Assembly (NCBI GenBank): GCA_036785375.1
Contig: JAWMAR010000071.1
Coordinates: 1,178,001-1,242,000, forward strand
Length of the DNA: 64,000 nt
Source: Leucoraja ocellata
Taxonomy: Eukaryota
Reading direction: 5' to 3'
The position numbers and the translations under genes are program-made. Shown one piece after another: positions 14,180 through 27,148 of the stretch (its first letter is position 1; every line of letters begins with the position of its first letter). The notes under the pieces are model-generated. The model was not told where the DNA came from, did not search any database, and saw only the letters and a program-made list of their open reading frames with translations.

Positions 14180-14290
14180 ACAAAATGCTGCAAATCTGAA
14201 ATAAGAACAGAGAATGCTGGAAATGTTCAGTAAGCCGGGCTGCATCTGTGGAAAGAGAAACAGAGTTAACGTTTCAGGTCATGGTCCCTT
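14180..14290 (-). mobile_element. Penelope-like terminal repeat, old
   Basis: ATGCTGGAAATGTTCAG...GCATCTGTGGAAAGAG...AACGTTTCAGG matches the family consensus. Confidence 0.65.
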
Positions 14291-14579
14291 TGTGGGCTCT
14301 GGAGTTGTTTACAGGGATAGCCCTGTGAGTAATAGTGCATGAGTGCCTGCACCTTGTATTAAGGTGCCTGTAATGCAGTTAAATGCTTGCGGTTTCTGTG
14401 AACTGCAGTAAAAATAGATGAAATGTAGCTCCATAAATGTGGAGTGAGGGTAATTTCCCTAATTCAGTAGAGTGTAACAAAACAGATGTGCGGCAGAAAT
14501 CAGCTGCATCAGCCTAATGTGACCATCAGGCTGGGAAAATAACACTAACCGTTTGCTTCAAAGAAAGTCAAAGGAAAGT

Positions 14580-14960
14580 TCACATTCACAAGTTATAGGA
14601 GTAGAATTAGGCCATTCGGCCCATCGAGTCTACTCCTCCAATTCAATCATGACTGACCTCTGCCTCCTAATCCCATTATTTTGCCTTCTCCCCATAACCC
14701 TTGACACCCGTTCTAATCAAGAATTTGTCTATCTTTCCTTAAAAATGTCCACTGATTTGGCCTCCACAGCCTTCTGTGGCAATGAGTTCCACAGATTAAC
14801 TACCCTCTGACTAAAGACGTTCCTCCTCACCTCCTTTCTAAAAGAGCGCCCTTTAATTCTGAGGCTATTACCTCTGGTCCTAGACTCTCCCACCAGTGGA
14901 AACATCCGTTCCACTTCCACCCTATTTATGCCTTTCATTATTCTGTAAATTTCGATGAGG
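14580..14960 (-). mobile_element. CR1 3' fragment
   Basis: MKGINRVEVERMFPLVGESRTRGNSLRIKG...SQRVVNLWNSLPQKAVEA on the minus strand. Confidence 0.9.
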
Positions 14961-15215
14961 TAATTTGGACATGCAAGGAAACATGTGTTTGTGGTGATGG
15001 AAGGATGTTAAAAGCTAATAGTTCTGCGGTTGAAAATCAAACTGGAAACAAATATTAGGCATTGCAGATGCTGTCTGGTGGATTGACACATGGAAGAATT
15101 TATTGTTCCTAAAAAAACATTGTCAGAAATTCAGGGATTAAATTTCCCATTGAAAACTAAATGGCCTAGGAATCATTGTACTGTTCCAAGTCATAGAGAT
15201 GCTGTTTTGGAGTTG

Positions 15216-15327
15216 TGAAACATCACCCATTTCTTCTCTCCAGAGATGCTACCTGTTCCGCTGAGTTACTCCAGCATTTTGTGTCTATCGTCCAGTTAAA
15301 CCAGCACCTGCAGTTCTTTCCTATGCA
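15216..15327 (+). mobile_element. Penelope-like terminal repeat fragment
   Basis: GAAACATCACCCATTTCTTCTCTCCAGAGATGCT...CTGAGTTACTCCAGCATTTTGTGTCTA. Confidence 0.75.
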
Positions 15328-16267
15328 CATTGTGCATTGGTATTCAGAAATGAAGCAGACTGCAGAATCAGTGAAGGGAAACAGTGACATTCTAGTGCAA
15401 GCCTTCATAAATAAAGAGGAGGTACTTGATCCCATAGTATGCTTAGAGCCCCACAAGATTTATCCCAGGCTGCAATGCGAAACAAAGGAAGCAATCGCTG
15501 GTGCTCTGATTAAGATTTCTAAATCTTCACTGATCAAATAACATATTAGATGACTGAATAACTAGTTGGCAAATGTGGTCCCCTTTTCAATCAGGAAAAC
15601 TCCAGGTAATTATAGATGTAGGGAAATTAATCATAGAGAGCCATGCAGTCGTTTTGCATCCATGCTAACCAAAATGCCCCATCTACACCAGTCCCACCTG
15701 CCTGTATTTGGCCCATATTCCTCTAAACCTTTCCCATCCATGCACCTGTCTAAATGTCTTTTAATAATTATTAGAAAAAATTCTGACGAACAGAATTAAT
15801 GATCAGTCGAAAACGTAAGGACTGATCGGACCAATGGAAATATCATACCATCAACGAGGGACTAGTCCTGAGCTATCATCTACCTCATTGGAGACCCTCG
15901 GACTATCTTTAATTGGACTTTATCTTGCACTCAATGTTATTCCCTTTATCCTCTACCTGTACATTGTGGATGGCATGATTGCAATCATGTATGGTCTTTC
16001 CATTGATTGGATCACACACAACAAAACGGCTTTTCACTGTACCTCAGTACACATGACAATAAACAAAACAAAACAAAAACTAAGGGGCAAATTCTGTCTG
16101 ACCAAGTTGATCGAATTCTTGGAAGAGGTAACAAGAGGGCAGTGCAGTTGATATGGCGTACATGGATTTCACTTTGATAAGGATGTGTGGATAATCCCTA
16201 TCGTTCAACTATCTTTAGCTTCATTATGGTTGTTGTGCTGCAGGTGAAAACACCTTCACCTTAAAGA

Positions 16268-16798
16268 TGTTTAAGAAGGAACTGCAGATGCTGGAAAATC
16301 GAAGGTACACAAAAATGCTGGAGAAACTCAGCGGGTGCAGCAGCATCTATGGAGCGAAGGAGATAGGCAATGTTTCGTAGGCTTGGCAATCTCTTCGCCC
16401 AACACCTACGCTCAGTTTGCAATAACCAACCTGATCTCCCGGTGGCTCAGCATTTCAACTCTCCCTCCCATTCCAAATCTGACCTTTCTGTCCTGGGCCT
16501 CCTCCATGGCCAGAATGAGGCCCAGCGTAAATTGAAGGAGCAGCACCTCATATTGTGTTTGGACAGTTTGCACCCCAGCGGTATGAACAGTGACTTCTCC
16601 AATGTCAGGTGGTCCCTGCTTTCTCCTCCCCTTCCCAGCACTCCCTCAGCCCACTGTATCCGTCTCTTCCTTTCTTCTTCCCGCTCCCCCCACCCTCACA
16701 TCAGTCTGAAGAAGGGTCTCGACCCGAAACGTCGCCTATTTACTTCACTCCATAGATGCTGCCTCACCCGCTGAGTTTCTCCAGCATTTTTGTCTACC
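16268..16798 (+). mobile_element. Penelope-like element 3' end (GIY-YIG C-terminus) with an inverted 5' copy of the terminal repeat
   Basis: RRLGNLFAQHLRSV..DLPVAQHFNSPSHS.SDLSVLGL..NEAQRKLKEQHLI..L.SLHPSGMN is the typical PLE GIY-YIG tail. 16268-16377 is an inverted copy of the 3' terminal repeat. Confidence 0.92.
16706..16733 (+). ncRNA. Minimal hammerhead ribozyme core (PLE type)
   Basis: CTGAAGA-A-GGGTC-TC-GACCC-GAAA-CGTC: conserved CUGANGA and GAAA boxes, 5-bp helix II, palindromic ACGT helix III, GUC cleavage triplet. Confidence 0.8.
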
Positions 16799-17128
16799 AG
16801 TGCTTTAATTTGATTATTATCTAATTGTAACAAAAATGCATTACCCAATGTAGAAAGTAGAATCTTTTAAGAAGGGAAAAGCTCACATCTTGTCTTAAAT
16901 AAAACAGAATGACTCCAGAGTCTGGGTCACATCTGTGGCAGATAGAGCTCCCTTTTAAAACAACACGCCTTTAGACTGTGGGATTGATGCCAGTGATAAC
17001 AGGGCAAGGCTTGAGGGAGGTCAGTTATCACTGGCAATATTTCAACAGCATTGCACTTTAGGATCCTTTTCTTCTGGATTCCATGAAAATGTAAAATTAA
17101 AAAGCAAGTTTTTGAGGCAAAATTTCAG

Positions 17129-17505
17129 TAATTCTGTTATCTAATGTGTTCATCGATTAATTCTGCCCACACAGCAATATTACTGACCACTTTAACTATG
17201 CAACTGGTATGGATGCAGAGGCTTCATCTCGACTCAGTATAGAAGTCAGATCAACCGATTGACCAAATGATGCCAGCACAATAACTTATTATCATTAGAT
17301 CATGATAACTTATTATCATGATAACTTATTATCATTAGAATCATTAGATAATTCTGTTATCTAATGTGTTCATCGATTAATTCTGCCCACACAGCAATAT
17401 TACTGACCACTTTAACTATGCAACTGGTATGGATGCAGAGGCTTCATCTCGACTCAGTATAGAAGTCAGATCAACCGATTGACCAAATGATGCCAGCACA
17501 ATAAC
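17129..17505 (+). repeat. 157-bp direct duplication (17129-17285 and 17349-17505) with a 63-bp patchwork spacer
   Basis: The two copies read identically at an offset of 220 bp. Confidence 0.93.
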
Positions 17506-18270
17506 CTGGCTCTCAACATCAGTAAAACCAAGCAACTGATTGTGGCCTTTGGTAGGGGAAGGATGAGGATCCACAGTCCTGTTCACATCAATGGGAGGAT
17601 GGTGGAGAGGGTCAGAAACTTCAAATTCCTGGGCATGCATATTTCCGAAGATCTTTCCTAGACCCAGCACACCGATGCAATTATAAAGAAGGCACATCAG
17701 CGACTCTACTTCCTGAGAAGATTACGGAGATTCGGCATGTCGAAGAGGATTCTCCAAAACTTGTACAGGTGCACGGTAGGGAGCATTCTGACTGGTTGCA
17801 TCGTGGCCTGGTTCGGCAACTTGAACGTCCAGGAGCAGAATAGACTACACAAAGTTGTGACATCAGCGGCTTTGACCTTCCCACCGTCGGAAGGGATTAA
17901 TCGTAGTCGCTGCCTAAAAAAGGCAGCCAAAATCATCAAAGATCCACACCATCCTGGCCACACACTCATTTCACCACTGCCAACAGGAAGAAGGTTCAAG
18001 AGCCTGAAAAGTGTAACGCCAAGGTTCAGGAACAGCTTCTTCCCTACAGCCATCATGCTATTAAACACAACAACAAATAAGCTCTGAGCTCTGAACTGCA
18101 AAAGACTATTATTATTGCACTAAATTTGTTATTTATTGAACTTTTTTTCTCTCTCCCCCCGTTAGGTACAATGTTTACATATTCACATTTTTTCTTGTGC
18201 TGCAGCAAGTAAGAATTTCATTGTCCCATCCGGGACATATGACAATAAAACACTCTTGACTCTTGACTCT
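17453..18270 (+). mobile_element. Rex1/Babar LINE, 5'-truncated
   Basis: CQHNNLALNISKTKQLIV, FKFLG, QRLYFLRRLRRFGMS, YRCTVGSILTGCIVAWFGN, IIKDPHHPGH..LPTGRRF..RFRNSFFPTAI; GACAATAAA and (CTTGACT)n tail. Confidence 0.92.
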
Positions 18271-19414
18271 AGGGCCACATTTTATCAGGTTTTAAACGGG
18301 CATAAGGATCAACTTAAGGGAACATCATCTTGTGCCCAGAGGCAGAGTATTCTACATTGCATTTAGTGTATTCTACAGTAGCAATATACAGCAAGAATAT
18401 GTCCAGGTTTTCTTGCTGTTATCTTGAGGTAGATTTCTTTTTTAAAAATCACTCTGTCATTATAAATTAATTCACATCAGGATCCATGGAAAATATATAG
18501 CCCAGATAAGTATAAAAACAGGTTACAATTGATTGTAAAATGGTGAATTGGTCTGGATTAATGATTGCACTGATAAACTAATGTTACAAAATATTGTAAT
18601 GAATTTCTAAAAACAGCTAAGATTGATTACTTCAGCAACTTCCTGTGTCAGATGATGTAACAGCTCGGAGGTCGGTCTGCCTGCTTCAATCTGTACTAAG
18701 TCCTTATCCCATTAGAGCATTTAAATAGTTCTAGTTACTTTGACAAGAAAACCATAGCAGTTCACATCACCTTTGACACGCAAGGACTATATCATCTTGT
18801 CAACATATAAACAAACAAATGGCAAGTTATATTTTCACAGATTCTTTAAATATCTGAAACAATTTATCACATGGTAGGTCAAGTGACAGCAGGATCCCTG
18901 GAAAATATTTTGCATGGTAACTGTTAATATATATGACACTAAATATTTACAAGTGGCATTAAGAGATGTAATCAGTCAGCTAGAGTGATTCTTTGTATGT
19001 CTTTCCAAAGTGTAACATATAGGCAGGCTTATTGGTGTAAAGAGAACAAGTTAGCTATATCAACAAGTCATACATTAAGAAACGGTGCATCCCATGCCAA
19101 CGAGAACACCTCCTGTCAGATCTTTGGATAGTGTAATTTCCTGGTGTTTGCAAGAGGCCCGTTACTCCAACCAGGATTACTCTCTAACTTGAATGTTGTA
19201 GATAATGATTTCACTTTTACTCTGGCAGTTCCTCGCTCTGTTTCTCAAATGATTGGTTTTGGATCACGATCCAGGGGCATGTGGAAGAGCAACAACAGGA
19301 GTGTAAAGCAGTGAGCAAGGATAGAAGATATGTGATACAAAGCCACGCCATGGGTATTGAAGTCCTGGAGCAACCCTATCATTTTGCCATTAGGTCATGT
19401 AGGCAATATGGGGG

Positions 19415-19545
19415 CATAAATTCATAAGTAGAATTAGGCCATTTGGCCCATTGAATCTACCTTGTCATTCAATCATGGCTGATCTATCCCTCCCTTCTAA
19501 CCCCATTCTCCTGCCTTCTCCCCATGTCCTCTGACACCCTTTGAG
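19415..19545 (-). mobile_element. CR1 3' UTR fragment
   Basis: GAATTAGGCCATTTGGCCCA...ATCATGGCTGATCT...CCTGCCTTCTCCCC. Confidence 0.8.
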
Positions 19546-19691
19546 TCGTATTGTGCTAAATTTCTGTGGGAGATTTGAACTGAAATGCAGTGTGTTCAGA
19601 GAATAGGTTGGCTTCCAGGTTTTGCCCACAACTGTTATTAATAGCTTTAATAGATAGAACATAACACGCTTTAGAGCAACCAAACAGAATA

Positions 19692-20460
19692 TTTAGGTTT
19701 AGATTTATTATTGTCACATGTACCCAAATACAGTGTAAAGATTTGTTTTGCTCGATTTGAATTGGACAGTACCCTTGCTTATGGAAGAACCATTGAGGTG
19801 CCTGAGAACAGAGGGGAATAAGCTGTTCCTGAGACTGGTGGTGCATGGTTTCCCACTTCTGTACCTTCTCCCAGACAGGAGCGGGGAAAAGTAGGAATGA
19901 CAAGGGTGAGATAAGTCTTTGATTAGGTTGGCTGCTTTTCTAGGCATTGTGGTCTAGATGGGCAATGTTGGGGAGTTTGATCTGTTGATGGACTAGACTA
20001 CATTTACAACTTCTTGCAGTCGTTAGCAGAGCTGTTCCTAAACCAAGCTGTGATGCAACTCGACAGCATCTGTAGAATTTGGTAAGAATCATTGGAGACA
20101 TGCCAAATGTTCGCAATCTCTTCAGGACATATAAGTAGTTCACAACAGATCATCAGTAACATTGCTGCCAAGTAGCATGAAGCTCTCAACCATTTCCACT
20201 TCCACACCATTAAAGCTGATTGGGGCATGTATTTCATGTTGCTTCCCAAAGTCGATAACTAGTCCCGTTGACCTGCTGACATTGAGGGAGAGATTATTGT
20301 CCTCACCCCAAGTTACTAAGTTCTCTATCCCCTTTCTATACTCCACCTTGTCATTGTTTGTGATTCACCCCACCACGGTTGTGTCATCTGCAAACCTGTA
20401 GATCTGAATTCAGTTATACAGTTGTGAGTGTATAGAGAGTGGAGCAGGGGACTGAGAACA
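19692..20460 (-). mobile_element. Rex1/Babar LINE fragment, decayed
   Basis: Minus-strand FADDTTVVG, EYRKGIENLVTWGEDNNLSLNV, IKDLSHPCHSYFSPLLSGRRYRS, LRNSLFP. Confidence 0.88.
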
Positions 20461-22331
20461 CATTCTTGCCGCATGCCAGTGATGAGAATTTATTTATCTG
20501 ATCTATTTCAATCTTAGTTACGTCACAATAATATGAACGTTTATCTGTGTTGGTTATTAAAACGTAACAGACTAATGAATTTATGTTACAAAATTCAATT
20601 GAAAAATAACCCTTTGCCACAACCTGTTGATTCCATATCCATATGATTACTTTTAATCAATATGCTCTGTTTCTCCAAGAGTTGGCTATCCACATTGCAG
20701 GATAGAAACAATGTTATTGGTCCTTACTGGGAGTCACTGAACTGGTTCGAAGTAATCGATTGTGCAAATGATTGCTATAATCAGGGAAACTGCCTAATGT
20801 ATGAATCCTTGTATACAGTATTTTAATTGACCTCCACTATTAATGCTTGTTATTCCCAAGGAGTTATTTTCCCAGCTGTCATTTTGATGTAGAATATTCT
20901 TGTTCTCTTTTGTTTTAAAGTTAAGCTTCCATGTACTTTGGAATCAAGAACTGTCTGGAATGTTAATGTGCTTCTCGTTAAAGTATTGCTCAGCTAGCTT
21001 TGGGTGGTACTACAATCTGGCTCAACACTGCTGATTTTGAGACAAAATTAGTTTTGGCCAAAATGTTCATTTATGTCAGTTCTGCTGGCCTGATCAGTGT
21101 TCAAGATTACAACAAATGGCTCATAATTCATATGTCATTCCTTTTCAATGCCTTGCTAATTACTATTCATTTGTCTTACGCATATCTGGAGCAAGTACTA
21201 ATAAAAATGTACATGTGGCAAAAAGTGAGGTTCTTGATGATGAGGATACATGAAATCCGACTCTCATAGGGTTTTTCTGAGCTCACCTGGAGACTGGATT
21301 GTTATATGTCCAGATTGAATCAGATGTTCTAGTTTATGACCAGACTGACTAGATACATAGACTGATGCTTCTCCATGCTTAATATTGGGGTGCTTTTCCA
21401 ACAAGGAAGATAATCCATCTGCTTTGCGATGGCTTCTGACCCTGGCTGTATATCTAATTCACTGTGTTTTACTGAAAAATTGGAAGTTAACTGCAGAATT
21501 GCACCCATGTGTGGACAGAATTTTGCTGTGGATAGAGAGTTAGCCCTCATGCCTCAGATTTGCCTCAAATCATCCAAACATTGATGCAGAAAAATACAGA
21601 GCTTGAACCACCCATCAATTCTGACTCCAACCTGTAAGCAAGTCATTAATGATTTGATTCCTCTTTAAAAACAACAAAAAAAAAGTTTCGAAGATGCATC
21701 AACATCAGCTGGGGTATCATGTATGTCCATTGAATTATTAGGTGTTTACCGAAAGCTGAACGTTAACTGTTGAAATATAAGTGAATAACAGAGTTTTAGC
21801 GTTGGAAATCTGTCATGAACTTTGATTCAAATCTGAAAGAAAGAAGGGATCTTCTTGAGAGCAATAGACAACATTTCAAATCTTGTATTTCTAGATAGGA
21901 TGAATGAATATTGTATTAAACAGCTATTGCTGACTCTTGAAATGTTGTTGTCAATGGAATTTATACCTACAAAGAGTAAATATCCTTGCTTTGTGTTAGC
22001 TAATAGCTTAAATAACGTGGCGTTTGGCTGCTTTATCTTTCCCTTCGTTTATGTGGAACCTTCATAAAAATTGTTAATATGAAACCATGTTTAACTCTTA
22101 AATGATTTATAGACATTTACAGAAGGTCTCTTGGCATGCCAATGGTGGTGAGGAGGTCTCCTGGTGTACCCAAACAGTGGACCTGGCTCGCCCACCGTGT
22201 AACTTGCTCGGAGAGGGAAGCCCAGTGAGCCACAACCCATCCGAGCCAATGAAAAACAGAAGTCGGAGAGGAGTATAGAGGAAGTCGACAATGGCAGCAG
22301 ATGCTGGACAAAAAGCCTGATAAGAAGATGC

Positions 22332-22517
22332 TTCATGCCTATGGGTCTTTTTTTTCACTTTTTCACTTTTTCACACACTCACTATCCTATCTCACTCTCT
22401 TTCCTTTTTTTTCTTTTTAAAGCTTAGAAAATGAAGTGGTACAAGAAATGTATTATGTTATCTTTGGCTTATATTATTGTAATGTACACTTCTTCTAATA
22501 AATAAAATTAAAAAACA
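22332..22517 (+). mobile_element. L1-type retroposed 3' end with poly(A) and 10-bp TSD
   Basis: TSD AAGAAGATGC at 22322-22331 and 22518-22527; T-rich UTR, AATAAA and A-rich tail. Confidence 0.8.
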
Positions 22518-23618
22518 AAGAAGATGCGATGGGGCGGAATCTTACCTTTCTCTCCCTCAAGGATGGCTGCAAAAGGGGAACAAGGGCTGAAGAGGGCTGT
22601 GCAAGGAGAGGGACGATGGTTCGCAGGACGACCATAATAGAGGCTTCAACTGCAATGGGCCTTTATGGTCACCTGTAGCTGGAACTATGAAATAGCGCCT
22701 CTTGCATATAGACCTAGTGTGCTGTTCTGTACATTCTGTACTAACCAGGGGATTGTGCTTATGCATGGTGGTGGTCTTGCTGATCTGTATGCAAAAAATG
22801 TATTTCACTGGTACACGTGATAATAAAGAAACCATTGAACCATTGAGAAACAGAGAGACTGGTGGAGGATTTTAGTTTAAAGGTATTATTGAGGGAGCTG
22901 TTTCAGAGGGTCAAATTATCCTCTGCTTCTATTCCTAATGCTCTGATTCAACTAGAAAAGAGATACAGAATGACTCGGACAGTTTGAAACAAAAGGGTTT
23001 GTGTAATGAAAAATAATTTGGACATATTATTGATCATTCATATTCATTGTGATTGAGTTCAGCCAGGGTCGTTTCCAGCTCTCATAAGTTGAGAGTTTAA
23101 TTCCCGAGTCAGAATAGCTGAATGAAAAATATCTAAATTCTAGTAACTCAAGTGGTTAAATAGGCTATTATAAATCTGTTACAGTACTATCCTTGGATGG
23201 AAATGAATGTGGAGCAAATCCATTTTCTCAGTCGATGCATAACTGAAAGAGACTGAATTTACCGATCATTATTCAGGATGGTGTTTTTTCGTGGAATTCT
23301 GCAGGAAAAATCAGTAGAAGTCTTGGGGGAGGGAGGAACATTATTTTTCCTGTTCCATAATTCACAGCCGAGATTTCGTGCTTGTGTTCTGCTCACTTGG
23401 TTAACACTTGTCCTGATAGGGATCTTTACATGGTCTGACCACCCACCTGCCATTAGCAAAGGAGCCACAGGAGCTGTCTGTCGTGGCATATAGTATACTG
23501 TATCCTGATACTGGACTCTGCCCCCGCACTACAATCATAGTATTCCAGTTAATATGTATAATGTTGTATGAATGGTATTCCAGTCGATATGTTCAACACT
23601 TATATAGTCAAACCTTCA

Positions 23619-23758
23619 NNNNNNNNNNNNNNNNNNNNNNNNNNNNNNNNNNNNNNNNNNNNNNNNNNNNNNNNNNNNNNNNNNNNNNNNNNNNNNNNNN
23701 NNNNNNNNNNNNNNNNNNNNNNNNNNNNNNNNNNNNNNNNNNNNNNNNNNNNNNNNNN
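23619..23758. other. Assembly gap (140 N)
   Basis: Run of N. Confidence 1.
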
Positions 23759-24576
23759 CCTCGAACCAGCTCCAAACGGAGAATGTACAGGCAGGCTGAC
23801 AATTGCTTGACCTTCCGGCCTTATTACAGTGAGTAAATCAGACTTTAAGCCATTAGCCTTCAGCCCGAGGCCTAAGCAAAACGCACTGACATGACAAAAG
23901 GTCAACCTCTGTCACACATTTCCAACAACTTGGATAATGGAATTCTGTAACTTATCTGACAAACATAGTAAAAAAAAAACCTTAAACACTTTCAGCCGAG
24001 AGACTCCTGCAACATTAATCGCTGCAGTGAAAGTGTTTTGAAATGGATGTATCATCTTGTGTTCTTATCTTGCAAGACAACATGAGTTACAAAGCCTCAC
24101 ATGGGGGCAGAAAGAAATTCCACACTGTTGCTCAACACAGTCTCCAGCTCCTCCGCTCAAAGGTGGTTCTCAAAACAAAGAACTGTAGGAAATATTCCTT
24201 CTTTTAATGAACAAATAAAACTGCAGGGAGTCCACCCAGGTTGGAAGAAAGGAAGGAAGAATCAAAATAGGTGGGAGAATTAGATTGTGTTTTAAAAGCC
24301 TTTGGATTATAACCTGAAACAATGTTAAAAGATAAAGTATTCCACAGTTTTGAGCTCCTGATAAAGATGAAAGTGAACCAATTGCAACAATAAACAAGAG
24401 TTTGGAGTGTTTTTGAAGAACCCAATTTAAATCAATGCTGTATTGGCAGTGGACTATGTAAAGAGTGGGTAGGAAACTCCGAAGAGAAGCACATTCTGTT
24501 ACTGGGTTTTTAACTTAGCCATCTCATTACAATTTTACGTCTAATGCCCAATGTGGAGTAATGTGGATTCCCATCA

Positions 24577-25356
24577 AGGGCCTGTCCCACTGCGACAACC
24601 TAATGTGCGAGTTTAGAAGAGTTTGCTCTCGACTCAAACTCGCAACGTGGTCCTAGGAGGTCCTAGGAGGTCCTATGAGGTCACTGGAACTCTCCTTCAT
24701 GCTCGAGGGAAGTTACCGCATACTCGCGGCCTCAGTTTGGTTGAGGAAAAATTTTCAGCATGCTGAAAAAATTTCCGCGAGTACAAATTGGTCGGCATGG
24801 TTCTTTTTGAACGTAGTGCAGTGGAGTGGGGTCACTATGTAGTTATAGGCAGTCAAGGACAGCCATAGGCAATCTCCTTTGCTGACCGGGCATTTTAATT
24901 GGCTCATTGGAGTTTTCAGGACCAAGGAAAACCGACCGGTAATGTTAAATTCCCACTAAACTTTATTTAAAATTGTTTGGCTTCTTAAAAATGTCTCCAC
25001 TCCTTCTCCCCCACTTCTCCCCCTTTCTCTCCCCTTTCTCTCCCCTTCTCTCCCCTTCTCTCCCCTTCTCCCCCCCCCCCCCCCCCCCCCCCCTCCGCGC
25101 TCTCTAAAGGACTTACCGTACACTTTGGCAGCCGTCTTTTACCTTCAGACAGCGCTCCCCCGCTTTCCCTGGCCCCCACCTTTGCGATGTGGTTGAGTAT
25201 GTGTGTCTGTGTGTGTCTGTGTGCGTCTGTGTTGACGTTCGATCGAGCTCACAGTTTCATCGCTGACAGTCGATCCAGCAGGAGGTTTTTCAGGCGAGTG
25301 CCCTCGAGCTTGGTCGAAGACAGTCGCTGAAAAGTCGCGTTAGTGGGACAGGCCCT
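24577..25356. mobile_element. PIF/Harbinger-type MITE (780 bp)
   Basis: TIRs AGGGCCTGTCCCACT / AGTGGGACAGGCCCT; TSD TCA at 24574-24576 and 25357-25359; internal C/T-rich tract and poly-C. Confidence 0.92.
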
Positions 25357-25579
25357 TCATTCATTCTTAACCGTAGGACCTGTGCAAATATTGGTGGCAC
25401 AGGAGACATAGCAGGTGCTGGATTCTGAATGAAGGGTCTCAACCCAAAACATTCACTGCCGGTTTCCTTCCACAGATGCTGCTTGCTTCACTGAGTTCCT
25501 CCAGCTGCTCGCCATTTATTGCCACTGTAACTATTGTTGAGGCCACTTGGAGTTGAGATATAACAAGAAGCTCATGAGG

Positions 25580-26150
25580 CCAAGCATTGTGCCTCGCTCC
25601 ACTGATGCTTCGTCAGATATGTTGTGAATCGTTGGAGAGAAAGTGTTTATTTTCTACCAAAGTGAGAAAGAGGTCAGCAGTCGATACTAAAGGTTGGAGG
25701 AGGGGCCATGTTCCTGCTTTCAGTTAGTAAGTGTTACTGACCTAAGTAGGTTGGGTAAGCGGAGTACAGATGTACACTTTAACCATGTCCTGCTGTGCAC
25801 ATCTTAATGACTGCACACACGATCTCCTCAAACTTGTACAAACACACTCCTCACATACACTTAACTTGCAGCATGCCCGTTCTTCACTGTTCATCCACTT
25901 TCGCACATCCAGCTATTTCCCTTTGCTCACACTCACCTCTTGTTTATGCAATGTCATGCAGTGCACTCCTTCACTGTTATCCTGACAAGACACATTCCAT
26001 GCACAAGATATATGCATGTCTACACACGCACTCATTTATTTCTTCTTTGCCTTCTTGCAGAAGAGAGAATGGAATGGCAGGGAGATGAAAGGAACCACTT
26101 TGTCCTTACAGCAGCTGCTTGGCGTCCTGTGTTGTTACCAATCTATGACA
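25580..26150 (+). pseudogene. Possible relic of a Harbinger Myb/SANT-like DNA-binding gene with an intron
   Basis: Degenerate VPRSTDASSDML*..EVSSR..DLSRL, GTAAGC donor-like site at 25755, C/A-rich intron-like tract, polypyrimidine acceptor TCTTCTTTGCCTTCTTGCAG ending 26060. Similarity judged by eye only. Confidence 0.3.
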
Positions 26151-26191
26151 CGATGATAAAGGGAATCACCCTGAACAAGACTGCAGAAGTT

Positions 26192-26267
26192 AAGGTACAC
26201 AAAAACGTTGGAGAAACTCAGCGGGTGCAGCAGCATCTGTGGAGCGAAGGAAATAGGCAACGTTTCG
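26192..26267 (-). mobile_element. Penelope-like terminal repeat fragment
   Basis: Near-identical to 16303-16377. Confidence 0.8.
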
Positions 26268-26927
26268 TGCAGAAGTGAAGATCTTGCACAATATGTTGCA
26301 CACACCCTGGCCCTCAGACAATGCCCCACATGTGGCTTGCATCCCTGTGGTCAAGTTCCTCCTGCACAGATACAGGTGAAACAGTTGGCAGGAGTATGGC
26401 AAGGGATCCAGAACCCAGAGCACATTGCTAAAGTACTTCTCAGCAGTCAGCACAGGCATTTGGGCTGCCTCCCTCTGCACCTCAGTGAAGCATCACATGA
26501 AAGTGCTTGGAAATGAAAAGAGTAAAGGCATAGATTTTTTTCATATAATGCTAAAAGTAGCAAGTGACTAAATTTGATTCTGATTACGGATTGACATTTG
26601 GAACTATTATTCTGCACTACTTTTACAACTCCCCATTCTTTGTTGGTTATGTGATAATAAATGGGATGATATTAATTGTCAAGTCAAGCCAAGTCATGTT
26701 TATTAGTCACATACACAGACGAGATGTGCAGTGAAATGAAAAGTGGCAATGCTCGCAGACTTTGTGCAAAAAGACAAACAAACAAACTACCAAACAGAAC
26801 TACAAACAGAATCACATATTCTGTGAATTGCTGCCATGCTCTAAGGGTGTGTGGGGTTAGGGGGAGAAGGGGGAGGATTGTCATCTGTGTTACTTGCAGA
26901 TGACTGTGAGATATGGCAAGCACCTGG

Positions 26928-27088
26928 AGTCATAGTCATAGACTTATACAGCTTGGAAACAGAACCCTTTGGCTCAACGTCCACACCGACCAACATGTCC
27001 ATCTACATTAGTCCCACCTGCCTGCATTTGGTCCATACCCCTCCAAACCTATCCCATGTATCAGTCTAAATGTTTCTAAAGCATAATG

Positions 27089-27148
<60 letters not shown>

